The notes below the pieces were generated by a model. The model saw only the letters and a program-made list of their open reading frames with translations. It did not search any database and was not told the origin of the DNA. DNA of 64,000 bases from the NCBI GenBank assembly GCA_035566915.1, contig DATMPW010000073.1, positions 20,440-84,439 on the forward strand, read 5' to 3'. This document shows, one piece after another, positions 1-9,701 of this stretch. The first letter of the stretch is position 1. Each line of letters begins with the position of its first letter. The DNA comes from Steroidobacteraceae bacterium (lineage in GTDB: Bacteria; Pseudomonadota; Gammaproteobacteria; Steroidobacterales; Steroidobacteraceae). The position numbers and the translations under genes were made by a program.

Positions 1-441
1 CTGTGCCTCACCTGGCTCGATGCGTACCCGCCCACCGGTGCGCGAGTCATCGACTACGGCTGCGGCTCCGGGGTCCTCGGCATCGCGGCTGCCCGGCTCG
101 CTGCGGCCGAAGTGCATGCCTTCGATAACGATCCCCAGGCGCTCATCGCCACGCGCGAGAACGCCAGTGCCAATCAGCTCCACGGGCGGCTGCAGGTGCA
201 CGCGAGTGCCGCAGAGCTGCCAGCAGGCAGCGACCTGCTGCTCGCAAATATCCTCGCCGGTCCGCTATGCGCCCTCGCGCCCTGCTTTGCCGCGCTCCTG
301 CGACCGGGCGGACAAGTGGTGCTCGCGGGCCTCATGGAGCATGAGACCCTGGACGTGACAGCCGCTTACGCCGCGTGTTTTGATGTCGCCCCGTTCGCCG
401 CGCGCGATGGCTGGGTCTGTCTCTCCGGCCGGCGCCGCTGA
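1..441 (+). CDS. prmA: ribosomal protein L11 methyltransferase PrmA, C-terminal part (5' end lies outside the window)
   Basis: Frame 1 is open from base 1. The translation contains VIDYGCGSGVLGIAAARL (SAM-binding GCGSG motif) and LLANILAGPL. It is followed by the conserved prmA-dusB-fis-purHD synteny. Confidence 0.85.
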   Translation: MCLTWLDAYPPTGARVIDYGCGSGVLGIAAARLAAAEVHAFDNDPQALIATRENASANQLHGRLQVHASAAELPAGSDLLLANILAGPLCALAPCFAALLRPGGQVVLAGLMEHETLDVTAAYAACFDVAPFAARDGWVCLSGRRR

Positions 442-467
442 CAGCCGGCGATGAGACTTACGCGGCC

Positions 468-1874
468 ATGTTCACAGTCTGCCCAAAGTGTGCGCTGACC
501 CTGGTGGTGACCGCCGCGGACCTGCGCGTCGCGCAGGGCTACGTACGCTGCGGGCGCTGCTCGAGCGTGTTCAATGCGCTCGCCCGGCTCAGCGATGAGC
601 GCAAGGCCGGCGCGCCCGACGGTGAGCCACCGGCTGAGGCGAGCCCCGAGCCAGTGGAGCCGGCGCCCGAAGTCGATGCGGACCTCTCCCCGCTGGAACA
701 GGCATTAACCCGACCGGACGAGGGGACAGCGACGGAGCCGACCGGCGCGACCGAGGAGCCTGTTCCCGAGGGCGCGCTGGAATTCAATCCTGACACCACG
801 GATGTTGGCGCGGTGTTCGTCGAGCCACCGCCGAATCCGCAGTGGACCGCTGCCGCTGGATCGTTCAAGGCCATGCGGGCAGCGAGCCAGGGGGCAGGCA
901 CCGAAGCTCCCGGAGAGCCGGCGAGCGAGCCTCGCGAGTCGCAGGTCGATGTCGAGATCGATGCTGCCTTCCTCGCCGATATGCTGCGCGAGCCGGCCAC
1001 GGAGTCCGAGCCTCAAAGCTCCGAGCCTGCGCACGCGTCTCCTTCCGCCGCTCAGCCGCCGGCTCGGGCAGCGCACGATCCCGCGCCAGGGCGCGCAGCT
1101 CCGGCGCCGCCGGCACGGGTCATGCCTGTTGGCGCGAGTGCGCGCGCCGCCGCGCGCCATGACACGCCGCACACGAGGCCTCCCACGGAGGCCGGCATCC
1201 CGCCCTCCGCGGTTACAGCGCACGGGCGGCCGCCAGCGGCTGAAGCCGCTACAGTTCGCATGCCCGAAGAATCAACCTCTGTACCGCTCGACATCGCCGA
1301 AGATGAGGACACGGTCGCGACCGACGATACGGCGCAGCGACCTCTCTACGCACGACTCAGTCCCCAGGCCTGGAGCGCTGGCGCCGCGCTCGCGCTGCTC
1401 GTGCTGTTGGCGCAGATCGTGAACCACTATCGCGATGAGCTCGCGACCAATCCTCGATTCAACCGCCCCCTCAGCGCGCTGTACGGCTCGCTCGGCGTGC
1501 AGCTCATGCCGCATTGGGACCTGCGTGCGTACGACGTACGACAGCTCGGCGCCTCGGCAGATCCTGCGGGCACCGGCCTCATCACCGTGCGCGCAAGCAT
1601 CAAGAACGCCGGGCCTCAGCCCCAACCCCTGCCGCTGCTGCGTGTGACTTTGCAGGATCGCTTCGGCAATCGGATCGCGGCGCGAGATGTTGCACCGCGC
1701 TTTTATGTGCCACACACCATGCCCGATTCCTCGTACCTCGCGGGTGGCCAGCGCATCGATGCCGAGATGGGGTTCGTCGACCCCGGTGCGAACGCGGTCG
1801 GGTTCGAGATCGATGCCTGTCTGCCCTCGAGCGGCGGCGGCGTGACCTGCGCCAACGATCTCGCCGCTCGCTGA
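468..1874 (+). CDS. zinc-ribbon (MJ0042-type) / DUF3426-like membrane protein with a long Pro/Ala/Glu-rich linker
   Basis: The N-terminus MFTVCPKCALTLVV...VRCGRCSSVFNAL is a CxxC...CxxC zinc ribbon. One TM helix (AGAALALLVLLAQIV) and a C-terminal beta-rich domain follow. It occupies the same position as the hypothetical gene between prmA and dusB in pseudomonads. Confidence 0.8.
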   Translation: MFTVCPKCALTLVVTAADLRVAQGYVRCGRCSSVFNALARLSDERKAGAPDGEPPAEASPEPVEPAPEVDADLSPLEQALTRPDEGTATEPTGATEEPVPEGALEFNPDTTDVGAVFVEPPPNPQWTAAAGSFKAMRAASQGAGTEAPGEPASEPRESQVDVEIDAAFLADMLREPATESEPQSSEPAHASPSAAQPPARAAHDPAPGRAAPAPPARVMPVGASARAAARHDTPHTRPPTEAGIPPSAVTAHGRPPAAEAATVRMPEESTSVPLDIAEDEDTVATDDTAQRPLYARLSPQAWSAGAALALLVLLAQIVNHYRDELATNPRFNRPLSALYGSLGVQLMPHWDLRAYDVRQLGASADPAGTGLITVRASIKNAGPQPQPLPLLRVTLQDRFGNRIAARDVAPRFYVPHTMPDSSYLAGGQRIDAEMGFVDPGANAVGFEIDACLPSSGGGVTCANDLAAR

Positions 1875-1885
1875 AGGAACGCCGC

Positions 1886-2875
1886 TTGCGAATCGGACCG
1901 TACGCCCTGCCCTCGTCCGTGGTGCTCGCACCGATGGCAGGTGTGACCGATCGGCCGTTTCGCATCCTGTGCCGCAAGTTCGGTGCCGGGCTAGCAGCAT
2001 CGGAGATGATCACCTCGGACCAGCGGCTCTGGCACACGCCCAAGTCGCGCCTGCGCATGAACCACGAGGGCGAGCCCGCACCACGGGTAGTGCAGCTCAC
2101 CGGTGCCGATCCGTCCGCGCTCGCACAGGCGGCGCGGGCCAACGTGGCGCTCGGTGCGCAGATCATCGACCTGAACATGGGATGTCCGGCGAAGAAAGTC
2201 TGCGGCCGCTCGTGCGGTTCCGCGCTGCTCACCGATCAGCCCCTGGTCGCGCGCATTCTGGCAGCGGTGGTGCGCGCGGTGGACGTGCCGGTGACGCTCA
2301 AGATCCGTACCGGCTGGGACCGGGAGCACCGCAACGGCGTGGACATTGCGTGCATCGCCGAGAGCTGCGGCGTCGCGGCGCTCGCAGTCCACGGCCGTAC
2401 GCGCGCGGACCTCTTCGAGGGAACCGCGGAGTACGCCACCATCCGCGACATCAAAGCGCGCGTTCGCATACCGGTGTTGGCCAATGGCGACATCGACACG
2501 CCGCAAAAGGCGCGCGCAGTACTTGATTTCACTGGCGCGGACGGAGTAATGATCGGCCGCGCGAGCCATGGAGCGCCATGGATATTTCGCGCTGTCAACG
2601 CCCATCTGCGCGGCGGAATTGAGACGCCGGCACTTCAGCGCACCGAGCTGCGTGATATTATCCTGGACCATCTCGACGCCCTCTACTCGTTCTACGGCGA
2701 GGAGCACGGCGTCCGGATAGCGCGCAAACATCTCGGCTGGTATTGCGAGCAATTAGTGGGGAGCTCGGCACACGTGCGCCGGGAATTGCTGGGGGCTGCG
2801 GACACAGGGGCACAGTTCGCACACGCAGCCAAGCATTTTGCCGATTGGGCGAGCCAGCCCGGGGCGTGGGCCTGA
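1886..2875 (+). CDS. dusB: tRNA-dihydrouridine synthase B
   Basis: The translation LRIGPYALPSSVVLAPMAGVTDRPFRILCRKFGAG...IIDLNMGCPAKKV is the Dus family signature. An in-frame TTG at 1886 is the likely start, because the longer tracked ORF from 1514 overlaps the previous gene. The gene lies directly upstream of fis. Confidence 0.9.
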   Translation: MRIGPYALPSSVVLAPMAGVTDRPFRILCRKFGAGLAASEMITSDQRLWHTPKSRLRMNHEGEPAPRVVQLTGADPSALAQAARANVALGAQIIDLNMGCPAKKVCGRSCGSALLTDQPLVARILAAVVRAVDVPVTLKIRTGWDREHRNGVDIACIAESCGVAALAVHGRTRADLFEGTAEYATIRDIKARVRIPVLANGDIDTPQKARAVLDFTGADGVMIGRASHGAPWIFRAVNAHLRGGIETPALQRTELRDIILDHLDALYSFYGEEHGVRIARKHLGWYCEQLVGSSAHVRRELLGAADTGAQFAHAAKHFADWASQPGAWA

Positions 2876-2904
2876 GGCAGGCCTTTGCTGGGGGAGTCGC
2901 AGAG

Positions 2905-3198
2905 ATGACTGCCAAAAAAAAGACTCGGGCCCGTGAGACCATCGTTGCGAAAGTACATGGGCGGGAACTCCCGCTGCGCAACCATGCCGAGCGCGCACTC
3001 AGCGAGTACTTCACGAGCCTCAACGGCCATCGGCCGGCTCATCTCTACGATCTCGTTCTGCGCGAGGTGGAGGAGCCTCTGTTCCGCGTGGTACTCGACT
3101 ACGCCGAAGGCAACCAGAGCCGCGCCGCAGACATTCTCGGCATCAACCGCGGCACGCTGCGCAAGAAGTTGAAGCAGTTCGGCCTCGGCAGCTCCTGA
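2905..3198 (+). CDS. fis: DNA-binding protein Fis
   Basis: ATG at 2905. The 97-aa product ends in the Fis HTH QSRAADILGINRGTLRKKLKQFGL. The dusB-fis operon arrangement is present. Confidence 0.9.
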   Translation: MTAKKKTRARETIVAKVHGRELPLRNHAERALSEYFTSLNGHRPAHLYDLVLREVEEPLFRVVLDYAEGNQSRAADILGINRGTLRKKLKQFGLGSS

Positions 3199-3234
3199 AC
3201 ATCTTGCCCGGCGCGCGCGGGCTGCCTACGCGTT

Positions 3235-4818
3235 TTGCGAGGGATGAGTCTCATGCCGCTGCCAGTGCGCCGGGCGTTGCTTTCCGTCTCCGACAAGACC
3301 GGCGTGCTCGAGCTGGCGCGCGAGCTCGCCGCCCGCGGCATCGAGATCCTCTCCACCGGCGGAACGGCTGAGCTCCTCGCGGGGCACGGCGTGGCCGTGC
3401 GCGAGGTTGCCAGTTACACCGGCTTTCCGGAGATCATGGACGGCCGCGTCAAGACGCTGCACCCGAAGATTCACGGTGGACTGCTCGGTCGCCGCGGCGT
3501 CGATGATGTGGTCATGGCGCAACACGGCATCCTGCCGATCGACCTGCTGGTCGTGAACCTCTACCCATTTGCCGCCGCGGTCAGCCGACCGGGCTGCAGT
3601 GACGCGGAGGCCATCGAGAACATCGACATCGGCGGACCCGCGATGCTGCGCGCCGCAGCCAAGAACCACGCATCGGTCCTGGTAGTGGTCGATCCGCGCG
3701 ACTACCCGCGGCTGCTGCAGGAGCTCGCCGCGAACGCAGGCGCGAGCACCGCCGCCACCCGCACACGATTCGCCGCCAAGGCCTTCGCTCACACTGCGCG
3801 CTACGACACCATGGTGGCCGCCTACCTCTCGGCGCAGCATGCGCCCGATGACGAGCTCTTTCCTGCCGCCCTGGCACTGATGTTCGAGAAGCTTCAGGAT
3901 CTGCGTTACGGCGAGAATCCGCACCAGCTCGCCGCCTTATACCGTGACGTGTGCGCGGTGGGTGCGAGCGTGGCCACGGCGCACGTACTGCAGGGCAAGG
4001 ACCTGTCATTCAACAACATCGCGGACGCGGACACCGCAATCGAATGCGTGCGCCAGTTCGAGGAGCCGGCCTGCGTGATCGTCAAGCACGCCAACCCCTG
4101 TGGAGCCGCGGTGGCCGCCGACGTGCTCGCCGCCTACGAGGCCGCCTACCGCACCGATCCGACATCCGCGTTCGGGGGCATTCTCGCCTTCAACCGCGAG
4201 CTGGACGCCGCGGCTGCGAGCGTCATTACCGAGCGCCAGTTCATCGAGGTGCTCGCCGTCCCCGGCCTGCAGCAGGATGCCGTGCGCGTGCTCGCGGGCA
4301 AGCCCAATGTGCGTGTGCTCGTGCTGGGGGATCTTGCGGCCGCCGCCGGCGGCGAGCTCGAATACCGCGGCGTCACCGGGGGACTGCTCGCGCAGTCGCC
4401 CGATCGTGCCGATGCGCCGCAGGACGCGTGGACGGTGCCGACCAGGCGCCAGCCGACGCGCGAGGAGCTCTCCGACCTGCGCTTCGCGTGGCGCGTGTCC
4501 CGCTTCGTCAAGTCGAACGCCATCGTCTTCGCGCGCGGGGGCGCTACGGTCGGGGTCGGTGCAGGCCAGATGAGCCGGGTCTACTCGACACGCATCGCTG
4601 CCATGAAGGCGACCGATGAGAAGCTCGCCCTCTCCGGGGCGGTGATGGCCTCCGACGCCTTCCTGCCCTTCCGCGACAACCTCGACGTTGCCGCTGGCTT
4701 CGGCATCCGCGCCGTCATTCAGCCCGGCGGCAGCCGGCGCGACGCCGAGGTCGTCGCCGCGGCGAATGAGCACGATATGGCGATGGTGTTCACGGGCATG
4801 CGGCACTTCCGGCACTAG
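3235..4818 (+). CDS. purH: bifunctional AICAR formyltransferase / IMP cyclohydrolase
   Basis: [35 protein letters not shown] matches the PurH N-terminus, and the C-terminus ends in MRHFRH. The true start may be one of the Met codons a few residues downstream. Confidence 0.95.
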   Translation: MRGMSLMPLPVRRALLSVSDKTGVLELARELAARGIEILSTGGTAELLAGHGVAVREVASYTGFPEIMDGRVKTLHPKIHGGLLGRRGVDDVVMAQHGILPIDLLVVNLYPFAAAVSRPGCSDAEAIENIDIGGPAMLRAAAKNHASVLVVVDPRDYPRLLQELAANAGASTAATRTRFAAKAFAHTARYDTMVAAYLSAQHAPDDELFPAALALMFEKLQDLRYGENPHQLAALYRDVCAVGASVATAHVLQGKDLSFNNIADADTAIECVRQFEEPACVIVKHANPCGAAVAADVLAAYEAAYRTDPTSAFGGILAFNRELDAAAASVITERQFIEVLAVPGLQQDAVRVLAGKPNVRVLVLGDLAAAAGGELEYRGVTGGLLAQSPDRADAPQDAWTVPTRRQPTREELSDLRFAWRVSRFVKSNAIVFARGGATVGVGAGQMSRVYSTRIAAMKATDEKLALSGAVMASDAFLPFRDNLDVAAGFGIRAVIQPGGSRRDAEVVAAANEHDMAMVFTGMRHFRH

Positions 4819-4844
4819 CTGCGAGCGAGCGAGCGCGGGGTGCC

Positions 4845-6128
4845 ATGAAGGTGCTGATCGTCGGCGGTGGCGGACGCGAGCATGCGCTCGCCTGGAAGTG
4901 CGCCGCCGCTGCGCGCGTCACCGAGGTGCTGGTGGCGCCCGGTAACGCGGGCACCGCGGCGGAGCCCCGGGTGCGCAACGTCGGGGTCGACGCGGAGGAC
5001 GTTGCCGTGCTCGTGCAGCTCGCGCGCACCGAGCGCGTCGGTCTCACCATCGTCGGCCCCGAGGTGCCGCTGGTCACGGGAATCGTCGACGCGTTCATGG
5101 CTGCCGGCCTCAGCTGCTTCGGGCCGCGCCGCGCGGCGGCCAGGCTCGAGGGCTCGAAAGCCTTCGCCAAGGAGTTCCTGCTCCGGCATGGCATTCCGAC
5201 CGCCCGCTCCGCTACTTTCACCCAACAGAGCTTCGATGAGGCCTGGGTGCGTCGCCAGCGGGCGCCACTCGTGGTGAAGGCGAGCGGTCTTGCGGCCGGC
5301 AAGGGTGTCGTGATCGCAGCCTCGGGCGAGGAGGCGATCGCCACGGCGCAGGCCATGTTCTCGGGTCAGTTCGCTGAGGCCGGCCGCGAAGTGGTCATCG
5401 AGGAATTCCTCGCGGGTGAGGAAGTGAGCTTCATCGTCATGGCCGATGGCCGCAACGTTCTGCCGCTCGCGACCTCGCAGGACCACAAGCGCCTCGACGA
5501 CGGCGATCAGGGTCCTAACACCGGGGGCATGGGTGCCTACTCCCCCGCGCCACTGGTGACGGACGCGCTGCACGCACGCATCATCCGCGAGGTCATCGAG
5601 CCGGCCGTTCGCGGCCTTGCGCTTGAGGGCATGCCGTACACCGGCTTCCTGTACGCGGGGCTCATGATCGCGCCCGACGGCACACCGAACGTGCTCGAGT
5701 TCAACTGCCGGCTCGGCGATCCCGAGACGCAGCCGCTGCTCATGCGGCTGGAGTCCGATCTCACCGTCCTGTGCGAGGCCGCGCTCGCTGGCCGGCTGGA
5801 CACGGTGAGCGCGCAGTGGGATCGGCGCGCCGCACTGGGCGTGGTCATGGCAGCGGCAGGCTATCCCGAGAGCGTGCGGCGCGGCGATGTCATCGAGGGA
5901 CTCGAGCGCGCCGCACGGCTTCACGGCAAGATCTTCCATGCGGGTACGCGGCTGGAGTCTGGCAAGGTGTTGACCAACGGCGGGCGCGTGCTGTGTGCCG
6001 TGGGGCTCGGCGGCGACATCGCCGCGGCCCGGCGCGCCGCTTACGCGCTCGCCGACAGCGTCCACTGGCCCGGTGTGCATTACCGGCGCGACATCGGCCA
6101 TCGCGCCCTGCCCGCGGCGCGCGCATGA
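4845..6128 (+). CDS. purD: phosphoribosylamine-glycine ligase
   Basis: MKVLIVGGGGREHALAWK is the PurD N-terminus. The protein has the ATP-grasp layout and follows purH. Confidence 0.95.
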   Translation: MKVLIVGGGGREHALAWKCAAAARVTEVLVAPGNAGTAAEPRVRNVGVDAEDVAVLVQLARTERVGLTIVGPEVPLVTGIVDAFMAAGLSCFGPRRAAARLEGSKAFAKEFLLRHGIPTARSATFTQQSFDEAWVRRQRAPLVVKASGLAAGKGVVIAASGEEAIATAQAMFSGQFAEAGREVVIEEFLAGEEVSFIVMADGRNVLPLATSQDHKRLDDGDQGPNTGGMGAYSPAPLVTDALHARIIREVIEPAVRGLALEGMPYTGFLYAGLMIAPDGTPNVLEFNCRLGDPETQPLLMRLESDLTVLCEAALAGRLDTVSAQWDRRAALGVVMAAAGYPESVRRGDVIEGLERAARLHGKIFHAGTRLESGKVLTNGGRVLCAVGLGGDIAAARRAAYALADSVHWPGVHYRRDIGHRALPAARA

Positions 6129-6580
6129 CGGCGCGCGCAGGCCCCGGCCCCTTCGATTTTCCAGCGGCGCATGTGATCGAGCTAAGCGTGCAGCCCGAGG
6201 ACATCGATGGCTACGGCCACGTCAACAATGCCGTATACCTCAACTGGCTCGATCGTGTGGCGTGGTCACATTCCGCAAGCCTCGGCGTGCCGCTCGAGCG
6301 GTGCCTAGCGCTGCGCCGCGGCATGGCGGCGCAGCGCATCGAGATCGAATACCTGCGGGCGGCGGTGCGCGGCGATCGCATCCGGGCTGCCACCTGGATC
6401 GTGAGCGCCGATGGCAGGCTGCGCGCGGAGCGGCGCTTCCAGATCGTTCGCGTGCCCGACGGGACGACACTGGCGCGAGCGCGCGTGGACTACGTATGCA
6501 TCAATCTCGACTCGGGACGCGCCGCGCGCATGCCGGAGATGTTCGCACGTGCCTACGTCGTAACCGCAGCTAGTAACTGA
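6125..6580 (+). CDS. acyl-CoA thioesterase, hotdog fold (YbgC/4HBT-like)
   Basis: ATG at 6125 overlaps the purD stop (ATGA). The translation has the DIDGYGHVNNAVYLNW motif typical of 4HBT thioesterases. Confidence 0.8.
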   Translation: MTARAGPGPFDFPAAHVIELSVQPEDIDGYGHVNNAVYLNWLDRVAWSHSASLGVPLERCLALRRGMAAQRIEIEYLRAAVRGDRIRAATWIVSADGRLRAERRFQIVRVPDGTTLARARVDYVCINLDSGRAARMPEMFARAYVVTAASN

Positions 6581-7418
6581 AGCGCACGAACAGCTCCGGG
6601 CCGCTGATGGTCATGTTGACCACGCCCGGAAAGCTGCCGCCTACGCGGGTGAGATCGGTGCGGATCGAAGCGTAGCCCGCGCCAATGACGAAGTTAGGCA
6701 CCCATCGGTACTGGACATCGGCGCCATTGTCCCAGTACTGGCCACTCAGGTTGTGGTGGTTGATCTTGAGAAACGCCGCGCGCGCGGTCGCCGCCCAGCG
6801 GCTGGAGATGCGCCAGGTGAGATCGAGCGGCAGCGCGGGGAACGGCGTCGCTGCGCTCACTTCCTGCCGCAGATTCTGAGCCGGCACCTGCCCGATCACA
6901 TCGACCTGCAGGAAATACGCCGCGAGGCCCGTCCCGACCTCGAAGCGACTGTTGCGGATGAAAGAGTACGTGTAAGTGATGTCGAACTGCTGCAGATTGA
7001 AGCTCGTCACCGCCGTCTGGCCGGCGGGGAAGGTCTGGTTGCCGAAGATGACGTCATTCGCCAGCACCTGGCTGCCGGAACGGTTGGCCTCGTAGTAGTC
7101 GACGCGCACCTTGTTGCGCTCGCGCAGGCGGAACATGAAATCCACCCGGCCCTTGTGCTGCCGATGATCGAGCCCCAGGTCGTTCTCGGCATTGACGGGC
7201 GTACCGGTCGTGCCCGGTGGTGCGTTCGATGGATCGACGCGGAAGTTGGTGTCGAACTTCGGCGCGTAATACGCGGCGCGTATGTAGAAGTGGTCGGTGA
7301 TCGGACTCGCCGGCTCGTGCTTCGCCGGCGGCAGTGGCGCACCCGAATACGGGTCACGGTCGGCCGCCAGGGCCTGGGCAGCAAGTAACACCGCGGCAAC
7401 CGTCAGAAAGATCCGCAT
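6570..7418 (-). CDS. outer-membrane beta-barrel protein (uncharacterised)
   Basis: ATG at 7418. The signal peptide is MRIFLTVAAVLLAAQALAAD. The rest shows an alternating beta-strand pattern and ends in an aromatic residue (...FVRFSY), as in OMP barrels. Confidence 0.6.
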   Translation of the reverse strand: MRIFLTVAAVLLAAQALAADRDPYSGAPLPPAKHEPASPITDHFYIRAAYYAPKFDTNFRVDPSNAPPGTTGTPVNAENDLGLDHRQHKGRVDFMFRLRERNKVRVDYYEANRSGSQVLANDVIFGNQTFPAGQTAVTSFNLQQFDITYTYSFIRNSRFEVGTGLAAYFLQVDVIGQVPAQNLRQEVSAATPFPALPLDLTWRISSRWAATARAAFLKINHHNLSGQYWDNGADVQYRWVPNFVIGAGYASIRTDLTRVGGSFPGVVNMTISGPELFVRFSY

Positions 7419-7554
7419 GCGCAGGATCTTACTGAGGCGCGGCCTCCTCCAGCCAGCGTCGCCGGCCGCCGACGTGACTCGCTTCGCACCTTGCGACCGC
7501 GCAGTCGCCTTAGGCAGACAACCGGGGGAGAACATCATGTCGTTTGCGCGATGG

Positions 7555-7570
7555 TTAGGTAAGTACCTAA
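7555..7570. promoter_or_regulatory. 16-bp AT-rich palindrome TTAGGTA-AG-TACCTAA, candidate operator
   Basis: Perfect 7-bp inverted arms are separated by 2 nt, too short a loop for an RNA hairpin. The site lies in an AT-rich island 137 nt upstream of the OMP gene start and downstream of rho. Confidence 0.3.
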
Positions 7571-7656
7571 CTATCGGTCGGAGCACATGAGAAATCCCCG
7601 GCGCCAGCCTCGGCCCCCGAGGGCCGTCTGGCCGCCCGCGGGCTGCAGGGCCGCCT

Positions 7657-9099
7657 TCAGCGCTTCATCGCCTCGAAGAATACACCGTTCGACTTGGTGT
7701 CCTTCATCTTGTCGAGCAGGAATTCGATCGCCGCCAGCTCGTCCATTGGGTGCAGGAGCTTGCGCAGAATCCACATCTTGGCGAGCTCGCCCTGGTCGGT
7801 GATGAGCTCCTCCTTGCGTGTGCCGGAACGGTTGATGTTGACCGCGGGGAACACGCGCTTCTCGGAAATGCGCCGGTCGAGGTGGATCTCGCTGTTGCCG
7901 GTGCCCTTGAACTCCTCGTAGATGACATCGTCCATCTTCGAGCCGGTGTCGATGAGCGCCGTCGCGAGGATGGTGAGACTGCCGCCCTCCTCGATGTTGC
8001 GGGCTGCGCCGAAGAAGCGCTTCGGGCGCTGCAGCGCGTTGGCGTCGACACCGCCGGTGAGTACCTTGCCGGATGAGGGCACCACGGTGTTGTAGGCACG
8101 CGCGAGGCGCGTAATCGAGTCGAGCAGGATCACCACGTCCTTCTTGTGCTCGACCAGCCGCTTGGCCTTCTCGATCACCATCTCGGCCACCTGCACGTGG
8201 CGCGCCGCCGGCTCATCGAAGGTGCTCGACACCACCTCGCCCTTCACCGTGCGCTGCATCTCGGTGACTTCCTCCGGCCGCTCATCGATGAGCAGCACGA
8301 TCAGGTACACCTCGGGATGGTTGGCGGTGATGGAGGTGGCGATGTTCTGCAACAGCATCGTCTTGCCGGCCTTGGGCGGAGAGACGATCAGGCCGCGCTG
8401 ACCCTTGCCGATGGGGGCGACCAGGTCGATGGTGCGCGCGGTGAGGTCCTCGGTAGATCCGTTACCGCGCTCGAGTTTCAGCCGCTTGGTCGGATGGAAC
8501 GGCGTCAGGTTCTCGAACAGTACCTTGTTGCGTGAGCTATCGGGGGAGTCGAAGTTGATCTCGCCCACCTTCAGCAGCGCAAAATAGCGCTCGCCGTCCT
8601 TCGGCGGCCGGATCAGTCCCAAGATAGTGTCGCCGGTACGCAGGTTGAAGCGCCGGATCTGGCTCGGGCTCACGTAGATGTCGTCGGGCCCGGCAAGGTA
8701 GGAGCCGTCCGCCGAGCGCAGGAAGCCGAAACCGTCCTGCAGGATCTCGAGCACGCCGTCGCCGTAGATGTTCTCGCCGTTGCGCGCGTGCGCCTTGAGG
8801 ATCGAGAAAATGATGTCCTGCTTGCGCGAGCGGGCGAGGTTCTCGAGCCCCATGGACTCGGCCATCTTCACCAGCTCGTGGATGGGCTTCGACTTCAGCT
8901 CCGTCAGGTTCATGGAGCTGCGCGACTGCGTCAGCTCGGCGGGACTGATGATCTCGGAGTCGTCGGCGTCGAAGACCTCGGGCTCGTGCATCATCTCGTC
9001 GGCACGGCCGCCGCCGTTGCCGCGGTTGCCGTCACGGTTGCCGTGGCGCGGGCCCTTGTTGGGCCGGTTGCGGCCCTGATTGCCAAGATAGCCTCTCAC
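7657..9099 (-). CDS. rho: transcription termination factor Rho (long form; the canonical start would be ATG at 8913)
   Basis: [42 protein letters not shown] matches the Rho N-terminus. The Walker A motif PPKAGKT and the RecA-like core are present. The frame stays open for 62 more codons up to a GTG at 9099. Confidence 0.95.
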   Translation of the reverse strand: MRGYLGNQGRNRPNKGPRHGNRDGNRGNGGGRADEMMHEPEVFDADDSEIISPAELTQSRSSMNLTELKSKPIHELVKMAESMGLENLARSRKQDIIFSILKAHARNGENIYGDGVLEILQDGFGFLRSADGSYLAGPDDIYVSPSQIRRFNLRTGDTILGLIRPPKDGERYFALLKVGEINFDSPDSSRNKVLFENLTPFHPTKRLKLERGNGSTEDLTARTIDLVAPIGKGQRGLIVSPPKAGKTMLLQNIATSITANHPEVYLIVLLIDERPEEVTEMQRTVKGEVVSSTFDEPAARHVQVAEMVIEKAKRLVEHKKDVVILLDSITRLARAYNTVVPSSGKVLTGGVDANALQRPKRFFGAARNIEEGGSLTILATALIDTGSKMDDVIYEEFKGTGNSEIHLDRRISEKRVFPAVNINRSGTRKEELITDQGELAKMWILRKLLHPMDELAAIEFLLDKMKDTKSNGVFFEAMKR

Positions 9100-9425
9100 A
9101 GGTTGCTGTCCAGAAATGCTGAAAGTTGGGATTTGGAGACCGCGCCGACCTTCTGCGCCTCGACCGTGCCGTTCTTGAACAGAATCAGTGTCGGGATGCC
9201 GCGGATGCCGAACTTCGGCGGGGTTTGCGGGTTCTCATCGATGTTGATCTTGGCGACCTTCATACGGTCGTGGTACTCGCTCGCGATCTCATCGAGGATC
9301 GGGGCGATCATCTTGCAGGGACCGCACCACTCGGCCCAGAAGTCCAGCAGCACGGGCTTCTCGGACTTCAGGACATCCTGTGCGAATGTGGCGTCCGTCG
9401 TGTGCACAATGTGCGGGCTACTCAC
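9096..9425 (-). CDS. trxA: thioredoxin 1
   Basis: The WCGPCK active site is present. GTG at 9425 is preceded by GGAGG 9 nt upstream. The trxA-rho tandem and divergent rhlB match the E. coli arrangement. Confidence 0.95.
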   Translation of the reverse strand: MSSPHIVHTTDATFAQDVLKSEKPVLLDFWAEWCGPCKMIAPILDEIASEYHDRMKVAKINIDENPQTPPKFGIRGIPTLILFKNGTVEAQKVGAVSKSQLSAFLDSNL

Positions 9426-9701
9426 GCGGTTCAACCTCCGTCAAATGCAGAGCGTGAAAAAATCCCTTGGAAAGTGAATCCGCCGCGGGGTCGGCCAGGA
9501 AGCCGCGCAAAGCGATGCCAGAGACTCGCGGTAAACGGTTACACTAATAACTCGTGATTGAGTATGAGTCCAAAAGGAACTAAGGGTAGGTACGGCAGGC
9601 GCGGACCTGCCGGCCCGCTGTCTCACGAACACTTTGTAGCGCTTCCCGGTCCGTTTTTCAAGTCTGTGTGCGCAATTTCCCCTAACCATTCAGTCTAACT
9701 G

